Positions 51,764 to 61,572 are shown, counted from the stretch's first letter. The stretch: DNA of 64,000 bases from Candidatus Latescibacterota bacterium (GCA_965206595.1 OZ242214.1:3296001-3360000), one strand, 5' to 3'. A program made the numbers and translations. Notes: generated from the sequence alone by a model not told the origin.

Positions 51764-54376
51764 ATGAAGACGATAATTCCGCGAGCACTCACCCCTGGCC
51801 GGCTCGCCATCTTTGCCGCGCTGTTGTCGTTGTCGATGACGGCGACTGCCCAGACAACCGGAACGATCGAGGGCACGGTCGTCGACGCCAACGGCTTCTC
51901 CTTGCCCGGCGTCCTGGTGACGGCGACCGGTTCCGGCGCGCGCGCGGAAAGCATGACGGACGTCGCCGGCTCCTACGGGTTCGCCGGCCTGGCCGCCGGG
52001 GACTATCTCGTAACGGCGACCCTGCCGGGTTTCGATCCCGTCGAGCGTCGGGTCTCCCTCGGGGCGGGCGCCACCGAAACAGTCCCGCTCGTTCTGCAGG
52101 TGCCATTGCTGCTCGATACGCTCAGCGTCGTCGCCGACGAACCCCGGACTTTCGCGCGCAACGTCGTTCCCGTGCCGATGATCCGGCAGCAGTCGAACAT
52201 CACCAGCGTCGCCGCGGTGGTGGACAACCTCCCCGGGGTATCCATCCAGGAGGGGGACGCGTACGGATTCGACGACTGGTCGAACAATGCCGTCGTGCGC
52301 GGCTTCCAAGTGACCATCAGCGAGGCGCAGATCGGCACCACCGTCGACGGCTTTCCGAACGGCACCTCCGACTACTTCAGCGGCGCCAAGGCGAACCGGT
52401 TCATCGACCCGATGAACCTCGGAGGCGTCGAGGTGTCGCAGGGGACGGCCGACATAGCCTCCCGCTCGGTCGAGGCGCTGGGCGGCACCTTCAACTACCG
52501 GACGGACGATCCGGCGGCGGAGCGGACCTATACCGCGTCGACCACGCTCGGCGAGAACGACGGCCAGCGCTTCTCGATGCGGGTCGACACCGGACCGTTG
52601 TTCGGCGGTGAGACGCGCGCCTGGATCGCCGCGGTCCGGCAGGAGGCGACCGACTGGGTGCAGGGCTCGGCGAGGAACGAGCGGGAGCACATCGCCGCCA
52701 AGCTGGTTTCGCCGCGCGGGCGCCTCGATCTCACCGGCTACCTCTCGTATGACGATATCCACGAGGACACCTACCAGCGGATCTACAGCGAGACCGACTT
52801 CCGGGCGAACCCGCTCTGGGACCGGCTGGTCGGCGACTGGCCCGGGGTGCCGTACCTCAACCAGTTCTACCGGCCCGGCTGGCAGACCCGGCGCACCAAC
52901 ACGTTCGCCTACCTCAAGGCCGACTGGCCGTTGAGCGGGTTCATCGACCTGAGCGCCGGCGCCTACTACCATCGCAACAGGGGCCGCGGCGACTGGTTGC
53001 CCCCTTACATCGCCGACGTGGTCGACGACGGGGGTGGACCCGAGTCGGAGCTGGCGGGCCTTCCGCCGGTGCGGGGCGGCGCCCAGACCGGGCTTGTCCG
53101 CTTCGTGGACGGTAACGGCGTTGCCGTCGCACCGACGCCGGACTGCGAGTCCTCCTACATCTTCAACTACTACGGCTCGGGCGGTCCGGAGGTCGACCCG
53201 GCCTGCCACCCGGGGGCCACGGCGGTGCAGTCGTACCGTCACAGCCACTACGGGAAGGACCGCCTCGGCGCAACCCTCGACGGGGAGTGGTCCACTTCCA
53301 TTGGCGGGGCCGGCAGCGCCCTGCGCGCCGGGATCTGGTACGAGGGCTCGCGGCGCGACCTCGGCCGCGACTGGCACCGGATGCTGGATCCGGCGCTCAG
53401 CTTCAAGTGGGACGAGCGGCCCTACTGGCACCAGTACGAGTGGGACTTCCCGCAGCACGTCTTCAAGTGGTACGTCGAGGAGACGCTTTACGCCGGTGCG
53501 CTGGCCCTGAGCGCCGGCATCAAGCAGTTCCGGATCGGCGTGTCGCGCGAGGACAAGTTCGATGTCGACCCGGAACTGACGGTCGATTCCGATTCGGACC
53601 TGCTCTTCTCCGGCGGGGTCACCTACGAGACGCCGGTGGCGGGCCTCGACCTGTTCGCCAGCTATTCGGAGAACTTCAAGGCGATCAGCAGCACGCTGCT
53701 CGAAGTCCCGGGCAGGAGCCTGGACCTCCTCGCACCCGAGACCGCCTCGAACATCGACGTGGGGCTGCAGTATGTCAGCGAACGGGTCGCGTTGAGCGCC
53801 GCCTGGTACTCCATCGATTTCCAGGACCGGATCTTCTACCTCGGCCCGCAGACGACGGCCGGTCCCAACTACCTCATCCCCGGGGGCGGAGCCTACTTCA
53901 ACGCCGGCGGTATCGAAACGAGCGGTGTCGAGCTGTCCGCCACGGTGCCGTTGCCGCATCGGATCTCGTTCTACACCGCCGTCACCTTCAACGACTCGAA
54001 ATACATCGGCACCGGGGACCCCCTCGTCGACGAGGACCAGGGCATCGTGCCCGGCACCGACGTCGCCGGCGTACCGGGCCGGCTGTGGGTCCTCTCACTC
54101 GACCGCAGCGGGCCCCTCGCCGGCGGGCTGTCCGCAAAATACACGTCGCCGCGGCGCGTCAGTCTGGCCGCGGACTGGGACACGGACGCCTACTGGCTGG
54201 TGGACGCCTACGTCAGCTTCTCAGGGGGAGCATTGAGCGACCGGCTGCGGTCGGCGGAGTTCTCGATCGTGGCGAACAACCCGCTCGACAAAGCCTACCT
54301 GTCGGCGATCACCGAAAATGCCGCCTGGCTGGGGGCGCCGCGCACGGTTTCGGTGACCGCGACCGTCTCCTTCTGA
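51764..54376 (+). CDS. TonB-dependent receptor with an N-terminal carboxypeptidase-regulatory-like domain
   Basis: Signal peptide, GTIEGTVVD.NG..LPGV.V, plug (LPGV..VRGF..TVDG), PETASN.D.G, C-terminal PRT....VSF. Confidence 0.88.
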   Translation: MKTIIPRALTPGRLAIFAALLSLSMTATAQTTGTIEGTVVDANGFSLPGVLVTATGSGARAESMTDVAGSYGFAGLAAGDYLVTATLPGFDPVERRVSLGAGATETVPLVLQVPLLLDTLSVVADEPRTFARNVVPVPMIRQQSNITSVAAVVDNLPGVSIQEGDAYGFDDWSNNAVVRGFQVTISEAQIGTTVDGFPNGTSDYFSGAKANRFIDPMNLGGVEVSQGTADIASRSVEALGGTFNYRTDDPAAERTYTASTTLGENDGQRFSMRVDTGPLFGGETRAWIAAVRQEATDWVQGSARNEREHIAAKLVSPRGRLDLTGYLSYDDIHEDTYQRIYSETDFRANPLWDRLVGDWPGVPYLNQFYRPGWQTRRTNTFAYLKADWPLSGFIDLSAGAYYHRNRGRGDWLPPYIADVVDDGGGPESELAGLPPVRGGAQTGLVRFVDGNGVAVAPTPDCESSYIFNYYGSGGPEVDPACHPGATAVQSYRHSHYGKDRLGATLDGEWSTSIGGAGSALRAGIWYEGSRRDLGRDWHRMLDPALSFKWDERPYWHQYEWDFPQHVFKWYVEETLYAGALALSAGIKQFRIGVSREDKFDVDPELTVDSDSDLLFSGGVTYETPVAGLDLFASYSENFKAISSTLLEVPGRSLDLLAPETASNIDVGLQYVSERVALSAAWYSIDFQDRIFYLGPQTTAGPNYLIPGGGAYFNAGGIETSGVELSATVPLPHRISFYTAVTFNDSKYIGTGDPLVDEDQGIVPGTDVAGVPGRLWVLSLDRSGPLAGGLSAKYTSPRRVSLAADWDTDAYWLVDAYVSFSGGALSDRLRSAEFSIVANNPLDKAYLSAITENAAWLGAPRTVSVTATVSF

Positions 54377-54389
54377 TGGAGGTGCAGAG

Positions 54390-55310
54390 ATGAGAACGAC
54401 ATTGCTTCCGATGTTTGTGCTGGCATTGCATCTGATTGCCGCGAGCAGGTCCGTGCAGGCGCATTGGGGGGATCGAGTGTACCCCATATACGAACTGACG
54501 GAGAGCATGCTGAAGGATATCGATGTGACGGATGGCTTGATCGATCAATGGCCGGAGATTGGTCCGCCTTCCGCGACCGGTCTGGATTTTTCGGTTTTCG
54601 CCAACTTGTTCAAGGAGCCGGAATACGATCCATCCACTCTGGATTTCCGGTTGTGGCTGGGTTGGTCGGCGTCTCCGAGCCGGATCTACGTGGCTCTTGC
54701 ATGCGTGGACAACGTGGGGGTGAATCGGACAAACTACGACCCCGAAGAGGATCACGTTCCACTCGATGGGTTCAACTTCTGGGTCGATGCCGATCACAGC
54801 GGCGGCGGTTTTCATCCGACGGCCGACCATGGCAGTGAAGAGTACAAGCTGCAGGACGACGCCCAAGTACAGGATTACCGCATCTCGCCAGATGTACCAC
54901 CCGGCGAGGATAATATTCTGGGCATGTCGGCTTGGGCGGACTGGCCGGAGGAGCCGCCCTTTGGCCAAGGATTCGGAATCACACACGGGGAAAACCCGTC
55001 TATCTGGGTTGTCGAGTTTTACCTGACGCCGTTTGACCTCTTTGTGTATTCGGGGGCGGAAGAGAGTGCCGTCTCGGCCCTGTCCGCCGGCAAGGTCATA
55101 GGCTTCAGATGTCTGGTGCACGATGCGGACGGCGGGGCTTTATTCACGGAGAATTTCAACAGATTCCTTCTGCCGGCGATGGGCCTGGACGCATACCTCG
55201 GGAACGAAGGCAGCGCGGATTTGTTTGCTGATGGGGTCCTGATCGGAGCGGAAGGTACCGTGGTCGAAGATCTCACCTGGGGCCGGATCAAGGCGTCGCT
55301 GATCAGATGA
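54390..55310 (+). CDS. Secreted hypothetical protein (possible CBM9-like fold) with a C-terminal WGxxK tail
   Basis: Signal peptide; IDVTDGLIDQW, WLGW..RIYVA, VDADHSGG; ends TVVEDLTWGRIKASLIR. Confidence 0.65.
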   Translation: MRTTLLPMFVLALHLIAASRSVQAHWGDRVYPIYELTESMLKDIDVTDGLIDQWPEIGPPSATGLDFSVFANLFKEPEYDPSTLDFRLWLGWSASPSRIYVALACVDNVGVNRTNYDPEEDHVPLDGFNFWVDADHSGGGFHPTADHGSEEYKLQDDAQVQDYRISPDVPPGEDNILGMSAWADWPEEPPFGQGFGITHGENPSIWVVEFYLTPFDLFVYSGAEESAVSALSAGKVIGFRCLVHDADGGALFTENFNRFLLPAMGLDAYLGNEGSADLFADGVLIGAEGTVVEDLTWGRIKASLIR

Positions 55311-55369
55311 TTGCGGCAGTGCCGGTCAGGGGACTTGACCGCCGTTACCGACACCACCTGTGTGGGAGT

Positions 55370-55470
55370 ATCTGATTACGACTGTTCAGCCAAATACGTA
55401 CCATCGTTTCGGATAAGTTACCCTCCGCCGAAATTATCCGAACAATTGGTTCGGGTACAATCAGTTAAAT
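55370..55470 (+). repeat. Degenerate attC-like hairpin ending in the core site GTTAAAT
   Basis: Paired arms CTGATT/AATCAG, GTACC/GGTAC, TCGGATAA/TTATCCGA; GTTRRRY at 55464-55470. Confidence 0.55.
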
Positions 55471-55511
55471 GACATGGGATGAGCTGTTAAACCAGATGAT
55501 CAGGATTACTA

Positions 55512-56336
55512 ATGACCACCAAAAATACGATCAAAAATATCATAGTGCTTTTCGATGAATCTGGAACGCCAAAGATTACAGACGACAAAAGGACTGATTG
55601 GTTTCTAGCAGTTGGCGTAGCTTACGAGCAATCGGCTGAGGACATGATCTTTTGCAAATGCAAGGATGCTTTTGGTCTCTCCAATAGCCAGCCGCTGAAA
55701 AACTATCGCATCAGTAACTCCCGCGCGGTAAGAATCGCAAATCTCTTGGCAGATGTGCCGGTGTCCATCTGTGTTTCCAAACTCAATACAGCCGATCCAA
55801 CATTTCGTAACATGATTATTGATTATGAGTGTCTCACAAAGAAAGCCAGGGAGCTTCGACAAGCCCGAGGGCGCTCCATAGCCCAAATCATCCATTCGCA
55901 GGCACTTGATCATTGTTTATTCCATTTGATCACCGGCTATTTTGAGGCAGGTGAAGGCGATGCTGCTTTTGCCTTATTCATTGATGATTGGTCCATTCCT
56001 AAGAACGATACCGATATTTACCTAGAAGATAGGGCTACATCACTCGAACATAAAATATCATTACTTTGCGAAAAATATCACATGGATCAAACTCTTTCAA
56101 TAGCCCGTTTGGAGCTCCTTAACACGGACACCAGCAGGAAAAGATTTGTTGATGTGGTGGCCAGTACATTTAGCAGAGCATATCTGAAGAGAGACCATCC
56201 GAACTATTCGTACGACGCAGCCCGTATCCTTCAAGAGTGTGGAAAGGCACGTTGTCGCGACGCAACCAAGTATTCGATTGAGTTAATGCATAAAGTAATG
56301 AACGATTTACCGTCAAGCTCTAATCAGCGCCTGTAG
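55512..56336 (+). CDS. DUF3800-like (RNase H-fold) cassette protein
   Basis: LFDESG at the N-terminus, FIDD, S....FVDVVAS; AT-rich; lies between complementary cassette boundaries. Confidence 0.6.
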   Translation: MTTKNTIKNIIVLFDESGTPKITDDKRTDWFLAVGVAYEQSAEDMIFCKCKDAFGLSNSQPLKNYRISNSRAVRIANLLADVPVSICVSKLNTADPTFRNMIIDYECLTKKARELRQARGRSIAQIIHSQALDHCLFHLITGYFEAGEGDAAFALFIDDWSIPKNDTDIYLEDRATSLEHKISLLCEKYHMDQTLSIARLELLNTDTSRKRFVDVVASTFSRAYLKRDHPNYSYDAARILQECGKARCRDATKYSIELMHKVMNDLPSSSNQRL

Positions 56337-56439
56337 TCAGACGTACCGGTTTCCATTCACTTCCACCAACCCTTTGAGGTTTTCCATTGGTCGGAATTAG
56401 ACTGGACTACCAGTTTGATTGGAGTGAGTATCCCACGTC

Positions 56440-56535
56440 ATTTAACAACGGTTTTGCGCTGCGCGGCTTACGCCGCTTGGCCCTTCGGGCAACCCCTCGA
56501 CAAGCTCGGGGTTCGCAAACCCTTGAACGTTAGAC
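56440..56535 (+). repeat. attC site (complete, 96 bp)
   Basis: Inverse core ATTTAAC (56440-56446), inner arms GGTTTTGCG/CGCAAACC, core GTTAGAC (56529-56535). Confidence 0.8.
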
Positions 56536-56593
56536 GAAAAGGAGCAAGGGCGTAGGGCTCAGGCCAGTGGATATGGTTTGCGGGACAGGCCAT

Positions 56594-56622
56594 TTGCAAT
56601 GTATCGCACATTGCGATACATT
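56594..56622 (+). promoter_or_regulatory. Sigma70-type promoter with an overlapping operator palindrome for higBA
   Basis: TTGCAA-17 bp-TACATT; perfect inverted repeat AATGTATCGCA-cat-TGCGATACATT (56598-56622); ATG 6 bp after the -10 box. Confidence 0.7.
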
Positions 56623-56628
56623 ATATGG

Positions 56629-56916
56629 ATGCACGTAATCTCACGCAAAGCCCTCCGAGCGTTTTGGGCACAGCATCCCGACAGTGAGGAGCCTCTGAGT
56701 CGCTGGTTCAAGATCATGCGGCAGACTCAGTTTAAGAGTTTTGCGGCATTGCGCCACACCTTTCCTTCGGCCGACAAGGTCGGCGAATTCGTCGTGTTCA
56801 ACATTGCCGGCAACAAGTACCGCCTGATTGTCTCTATTCACTTCAATCGGGGCAAAGCATACATCCGTCATGTGCTTACACACCAAGCCTACGACCGTGG
56901 AGGATGGAGGATATGA
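56629..56916 (+). CDS. higB: HigB mRNA interferase toxin
   Basis: MHVISRKALRAFW..HP, FPSADKV, VFNIAGNKYRLI, LTH..YD. Confidence 0.9.
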   Translation: MHVISRKALRAFWAQHPDSEEPLSRWFKIMRQTQFKSFAALRHTFPSADKVGEFVVFNIAGNKYRLIVSIHFNRGKAYIRHVLTHQAYDRGGWRI

Positions 56917-57311
56917 GTGTCATTACGCCGCAGCTTCAGCGATCCTGGACGCAAGTGAGTGCGTTACTCAAGATTCAGAACGAGCAGGAGTACGACTTGG
57001 CCTTGGAGCGGCTCAACAGCCTGATCGATGAAGTGGGAACGGATGATCGGCATCCGCTTTACTCTCTGCTCGATACAATGGGCACCGTTGTCCACGCTTG
57101 GGAAGAACAACACCATTCCATGCCCAACTTGAAGGGTGCGGATGCACTCCGCTTTCTCATGGAAGAGCATGAATTGACCCAGTCGGATTTGCCGGAGGTG
57201 GGTTCGCAAGGGGTGGTTTCTGAGATTCTGAGCGGCAAGCGAGAGCTAAACGTCCGGCAGATACGAGCATTGTCCAAGCGATTTGGGGTCTCGGCCTCAG
57301 TATTCGTATAG
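56913..57311 (+). CDS. higA: HigA HTH antitoxin
   Basis: LRFLMEEHELTQSDL..GSQGVVSEILSGKRELN..IRALS.RF; ATGA overlap with higB. Confidence 0.9.
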   Translation: MSVITPQLQRSWTQVSALLKIQNEQEYDLALERLNSLIDEVGTDDRHPLYSLLDTMGTVVHAWEEQHHSMPNLKGADALRFLMEEHELTQSDLPEVGSQGVVSEILSGKRELNVRQIRALSKRFGVSASVFV

Positions 57312-57346
57312 GCCAAGGCGTAGGGACATTCTCGCAAATGCCCTTC

Positions 57347-57364
57347 GTCTAAAATCAGTTAAGC
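57347..57364 (+). repeat. Collapsed attC site (internal deletion)
   Basis: TTCGTCTAA complements the cassette start TTAGACGAA and is followed 4 bp later by the core site GTTAAGC. Confidence 0.55.
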
Positions 57365-57415
57365 GCCGACAGAAAGACTTTTTTTAGGCAATTGAATTCA
57401 CACAAGGGCCACCGC

Positions 57416-57676
57416 ATGCAGCTGCGCGAATTTCAGAAACACCCAGGAACGAGAATAACTGCTATCCTTTTCGCCCTCTGGTTTCTTTTCAACCAGGGCA
57501 AAATGACCGCTCCTGGATTATTTGGTGGCAAACCCGGGCACATGTTCACCTGTGCAAGTGTGGTAGACATCGCGGCTGGAATATTCGTTCATGGTGTAAT
57601 TCTTTTCATTTGTGCTGGAGTAGGCTTCAGCATTTCGAGCATCGCGGGCTGGATTCTGAAGAAACTCAAGACCTAG
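57416..57676 (+). CDS. Small membrane hypothetical protein (cassette)
   Basis: Hydrophobic segments; lies between core sites at 57358 and 57701. Confidence 0.45.
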   Translation: MQLREFQKHPGTRITAILFALWFLFNQGKMTAPGLFGGKPGHMFTCASVVDIAAGIFVHGVILFICAGVGFSISSIAGWILKKLKT

Positions 57677-57748
57677 TTTTCTAGCGGAATGTGCTGGAAC
57701 GTTAAGTGACATGCGCACGATAAGTCTGACCTGGTTTAGAGGTCACGG

Positions 57749-58318
57749 ATGAATCGGCACTTTGTTGTCTCGATAAACTCGGTCTCGGGAGGAGGGAAAA
57801 CTGCTCTGGCGACCGCCTTGCATCGCTCACTGCCGCAATCGGCTCTGTTTTGCTTCGACGATTTCGATGAGTCCAACGTTTATCCAGATGACTTCTATGA
57901 GTGGAGCCGCCGAGGGGCCGATATAACGGAATTTGACTGTCCTGGGATGAGAAACGCGGTCGACGAAGAAATTCAAAGGGGTAAGGCGAAACAGATAATA
58001 CTTGATTTTCCGTTTGGACGTCGCCACCCTCGGTTCGCTGACATCATCGATCTCGACGTGTTCATCGATACTCCCCTCGACGTAGCTATGGCACGTCGAA
58101 TCTTGAGAGACCATTCCGGCGATAGCCAGAAATCCTCAGAAGAAGCATTGAAGGATCTTCTGGATGGATTGACCCACTATCTGGAGAAGGCTCGACACCC
58201 GTTTTTGGATGCCTACAAAGCCAAGGACGTGAGTGATCTCATTCTGGACGGATGGCGCAGTCTTGACGATCTGAAGACCGAGGTTCTGGCTCGAGTAGAT
58301 TCGAACCAGAAATCGTAG
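57749..58318 (+). CDS. P-loop nucleoside/nucleotide kinase-like cassette protein
   Basis: SVSGGGKT, ILDFPFG, FIDTPLDVAMARRILRD, DLILDG. Confidence 0.75.
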   Translation: MNRHFVVSINSVSGGGKTALATALHRSLPQSALFCFDDFDESNVYPDDFYEWSRRGADITEFDCPGMRNAVDEEIQRGKAKQIILDFPFGRRHPRFADIIDLDVFIDTPLDVAMARRILRDHSGDSQKSSEEALKDLLDGLTHYLEKARHPFLDAYKAKDVSDLILDGWRSLDDLKTEVLARVDSNQKS

Positions 58319-58336
58319 ATCGATTCAGAGCAGGTC

Positions 58337-58391
58337 ACTTAACAACACGGTTTGCACTACGGCGCTGTCGGGCCTTGGTCTTCGGCAACCC
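58337..58391 (+). repeat. attC site, 5' half
   Basis: GTCACTTAAC (58334-58343) is the exact reverse complement of the cassette start GTTAAGTGAC (57701-57710); then ACGGTTTGCAC..CGGCAACCC, after which similarity ends. Confidence 0.7.
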
Positions 58392-58492
58392 ACCGACCAT
58401 CGAAGTGAACTTCAAACGATACTTGGTCGGCGGCCTTTTCTGAATATCCTCGATCGCAAAGAAGGTTATCCAATTCCTCAGGAGGCCTGACC

Positions 58493-59452
58493 GTGAGAAT
58501 CCTAGTTACCGGTGGCAGCGGCACCATCGGCGGTTACGTCTTCCGGGAGCTGCTCAGGAGCGGACACCTTGTCTCGAACTACAGCCGTACGGCTCCTGCC
58601 GTCAAAAGCGCGGCAACGATCCAGGGCGACATCATGGATCTCGATCAGCTCAAAGCGGCGTGTACGGGGCACGAGGCGGTCATCCACCTGGCCGCGGTGC
58701 CCGGCCCCGGACGAGCGACTCCCGAGCAGTTGATCGACGTCAACGTCATCGGCACGGTGAACGCGCTGGAAGCAGCCGTCGCCGCAAAGGCGCGCAAGTT
58801 CGTATTCGCCTCGTCGGGGGCCGCTTTCGGATTCACCTTTCGCATCGGCGCGGTCAAACCTTGCTATCTCCCGATCGACGAAGAACATCCCAGCGAACCC
58901 GACGATGAATACGGCCTGAGCAAACTGCTCGCCGAGCTGGCATGCAAGCGCTATTCCCGGGCCTTCGGCATTCAGACGATCTGCTTGCGGCTGGGCAACA
59001 ACTGGTATCTCGATCGCCCCGGCGCCGAGATTGCCGTGCGCAGCGGCTGGGGCAAGTCATTGGGAACCGTCGACGAACTATGGACCAGGCGATACCGCAA
59101 GGCCGTCGAGGATGAAGGCTCGGCCGGCTGGCCGGTGCCCGGTCCGCCGGCGCCGCTCAAGGTCTTGTGGGAAGTGACGGATGGGCGCGATCTTGCCCAG
59201 GCCGTGCGGCTTTCCGTCGAGAACGACGACGTCCTGCACGACGTGTTTCTGACCACCGGCAACGAAACGTGCTCGACCATCCCCACGCCCGAGTTGATCG
59301 CCCGTTTCTTTCCCGACGTAGCGCTCAAAAAACCCCTGGAAGGATTCTCATCGCTCTGGTCAAACGACAAGGCCGCGCGGTTGCTCGGTTACCATCCCCG
59401 ATACTCCTGGCGCCAGAGCGATTTCGCAACGTGGTGGAAATCCATTCGATGA
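58493..59452 (+). CDS. NAD-dependent epimerase/dehydratase (extended SDR)
   Basis: ILVTGGSGTIG, IHLAA, FASS, YGLSK. Confidence 0.88.
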   Translation: MRILVTGGSGTIGGYVFRELLRSGHLVSNYSRTAPAVKSAATIQGDIMDLDQLKAACTGHEAVIHLAAVPGPGRATPEQLIDVNVIGTVNALEAAVAAKARKFVFASSGAAFGFTFRIGAVKPCYLPIDEEHPSEPDDEYGLSKLLAELACKRYSRAFGIQTICLRLGNNWYLDRPGAEIAVRSGWGKSLGTVDELWTRRYRKAVEDEGSAGWPVPGPPAPLKVLWEVTDGRDLAQAVRLSVENDDVLHDVFLTTGNETCSTIPTPELIARFFPDVALKKPLEGFSSLWSNDKAARLLGYHPRYSWRQSDFATWWKSIR

Positions 59453-59480
59453 AAACAAACGCCGGTACTGGAGCCGCGGG

Positions 59481-60150
59481 ATGATCCTGTTCGACCCCGA
59501 AAAGGCTTCACATCTGATGAAGCAGTGGGACGTGCACGTTTTGCTGCCTCACACCTTGCTGAACGCCGGCTACCTGGTCGACCACTGGAAGCACGATCTG
59601 TACACCAGCATCGGGCCGTGGACGACTTTTGATCGGGACGAGCCCTACCAGCTTCTCGTGGGTCTGCCCCAGGATCGGCAGATCGAGCCGTTCGTAACTT
59701 GCCGCAGGGCCAGTGAAGAAGGCGACATGTACAACTGGGACGTATGGATCCAGGATCGGCGCGTGTGGGGCCCGATGTTCCTCCGCGTGCGATGAACAGT
59801 CCCCTCGGGCCGGCCGTTACCGATCCCTACATCGATCCGTACGAAGCGGCCGTCGACGCGCTACGGGAGCGCGGACTCGAGCGAGCGACGATCGGAATCG
59901 AGCGGCGCTTTCTCGGAATCGAGGCCTTTGAGAAGCTGCAGAGGTTGCTGCCGGAGGCGACGTTTCGCGACGCGCTGGGCCTGTTCCACGAACTGCGGAT
60001 GGTCAAGACGGAGGAGGAGATCCGCCGCATGCGAATAGTCGCCGCGGCGACGCAGGAGGCCTACCGGGCCGCGCTCAAATGTGTGCAGCCGGGAATGACC
60101 GGACTGGATTTCGAGCACATCTTCGCAGCCGAACATTCCCGTTGTGGGTG
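59481..60150 (+). pseudogene. M24 (Xaa-Pro peptidase) family, frameshifted and truncated
   Basis: LRMVKTEEEIRRMR..A....QPGMT; frame change near 59780; catalytic domain missing. Confidence 0.7.
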
Positions 60151-60224
60151 TCGCCATGCTCGTACTGGCGCTGGCCGTCTTTGCCGCCGGCCTTCGCCGC
60201 AACGAGAGCGCGGGGTCGTAGGCC

Positions 60225-60787
60225 ATGGCACATATAGAGCTGGAGAGGGTTTGCAAGACCTTCCGCGTGACCCGGAAGCAAAAGGGGCTGGCCGGTGCGG
60301 TGAAGGGCTTGTTCCGGCCCGACCGGCATGAAGTGCACGCGGTGCGCGACGTGAGCTTTGCGATTGAGCCGGGCGAGCTGGTCGGGTTCATCGGTCCCAA
60401 CGGCGCGGGGAAGTCGACGACGATCAAGATGCTCTCCGGCATCCTCTATCCCACGTCCGGGCGCGTTTCCGTCGTCGGCCTTTCGCCCCAGGGGAAGCGG
60501 CGGGCGGTCGCCCAGCGCATCGGCGCCGTGTTCGGTCAGCGCAGCCAGCTCAACTGGGACCTTCGCCTGGCTTCGCCCACGCCCACGCGGAGATCCTCCA
60601 ACGGCGAGACAGGGTCGTCCGCATCCGCTTTGCGAGGAGCCAGGTGTCTGCGTCGGCGCTGATCTCGGAGCTGTCCGCCCGCTACCCGGTGCGCGACGTG
60701 TCCGTCCAGGAGCCCGACATCGAGGACGTGATTCGCACGGTCTACAGGCGCGACGCGGCGGTCGAGAGGCCAGGCGGTTCCAGTTGA
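60225..60787 (+). pseudogene. ABC transporter ATP-binding protein with a large internal deletion
   Basis: [23 protein letters not shown] jumps to the C-terminal VRDVSVQEPDIEDVIR; signature and Walker B absent. Confidence 0.72.
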
Positions 60788-60905
60788 TCGATTCAGTCTG
60801 CCCGCATTTTTGGTATTTTTCTACAAACACACCGCGGGACGCGAGCTGTCGTTCCGTTCTTCCCGAGTTTATCCGAGCTATCCTGGAAATAGTCGGAAAG
60901 AGGTG

Positions 60906-60989
60906 GGTTCGCACTGCGGCGCTGATCGCGCCTGAGCCTGCGGCAACCCCTTGCCAAGCTCGGGGTTCGCAAACCGTAGAACGTTTTTG
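60906..60989 (+). repeat. attC-like site lacking its inverse core, with a degenerate core
   Basis: GGTTCGCACTGCGGCGCTG..CGGCAACCCC..CAAGCTCGGGGTTCGCAAACCGTAGAACGTT; same family as the 56440 and 58337 copies. Confidence 0.7.
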
Positions 60990-61029
60990 GAACTGCCGCA
61001 TCGGAGTTGACACTGGCTGTGAGCAGCAC

Positions 61030-61572
61030 GTGATAGTTCGTGTATCAGCGAAACTCGGGAAGAAGATCGACCTGATCCCGGACAGGATTCTTCCCTCCGG
61101 TCCCAATCCTTTCGCCGACTGGTCGGCGCACTTGTTTACGGCCGGCCGAATTCAGTATGTCCTGATTTCCAACACGGCATCCCTCTACTCCATGGTGATG
61201 TTTGGCAGAGGTGTGACCGATGATTGCCGCTTTTTGGATCGGATGACGAGCTGCATGGGTGAATTCCTTCGAGCAGATGACCACGAATTCATTTGGGAGC
61301 GGTTAATCATACCATGGGTCGATCACGTGAGCTTTTCCAAGGCACTAAACCGATCCGTGACTGGTTCAATGAACGAGCTTGTCTTCCAAGCTCAACATCA
61401 TCTAATCGGAGGTGCCATGTTGCCGTTGGATGTTTCGTTTCGCTTGAATGAAGTACCCCTATCGTGGTTGGAATACATCACCCCAAAAGCCTCCTTTCAG
61501 CACCTTGTTGTCCAAGGTGAAGAAATATCACAGCTTCCTAAACCCAGCAATCCCGGGGGGCACATTCTATAA
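61030..61572 (+). CDS. DUF6933-like cassette protein
   Basis: GTG start; SAKLGKK..NPFADWSAHLF..LYSMV..KALNRSVTGSMNE..LN..P. Confidence 0.6.
   Translation: MIVRVSAKLGKKIDLIPDRILPSGPNPFADWSAHLFTAGRIQYVLISNTASLYSMVMFGRGVTDDCRFLDRMTSCMGEFLRADDHEFIWERLIIPWVDHVSFSKALNRSVTGSMNELVFQAQHHLIGGAMLPLDVSFRLNEVPLSWLEYITPKASFQHLVVQGEEISQLPKPSNPGGHIL

Noticed and set aside
51743-53959. Long antisense or alternate-frame ORFs (also 9807-11384, 36514-37971, 48700-50280)
   Set aside because: These are shadows of high-GC coding genes with Arg/Gly/Pro-rich, motif-free translations.
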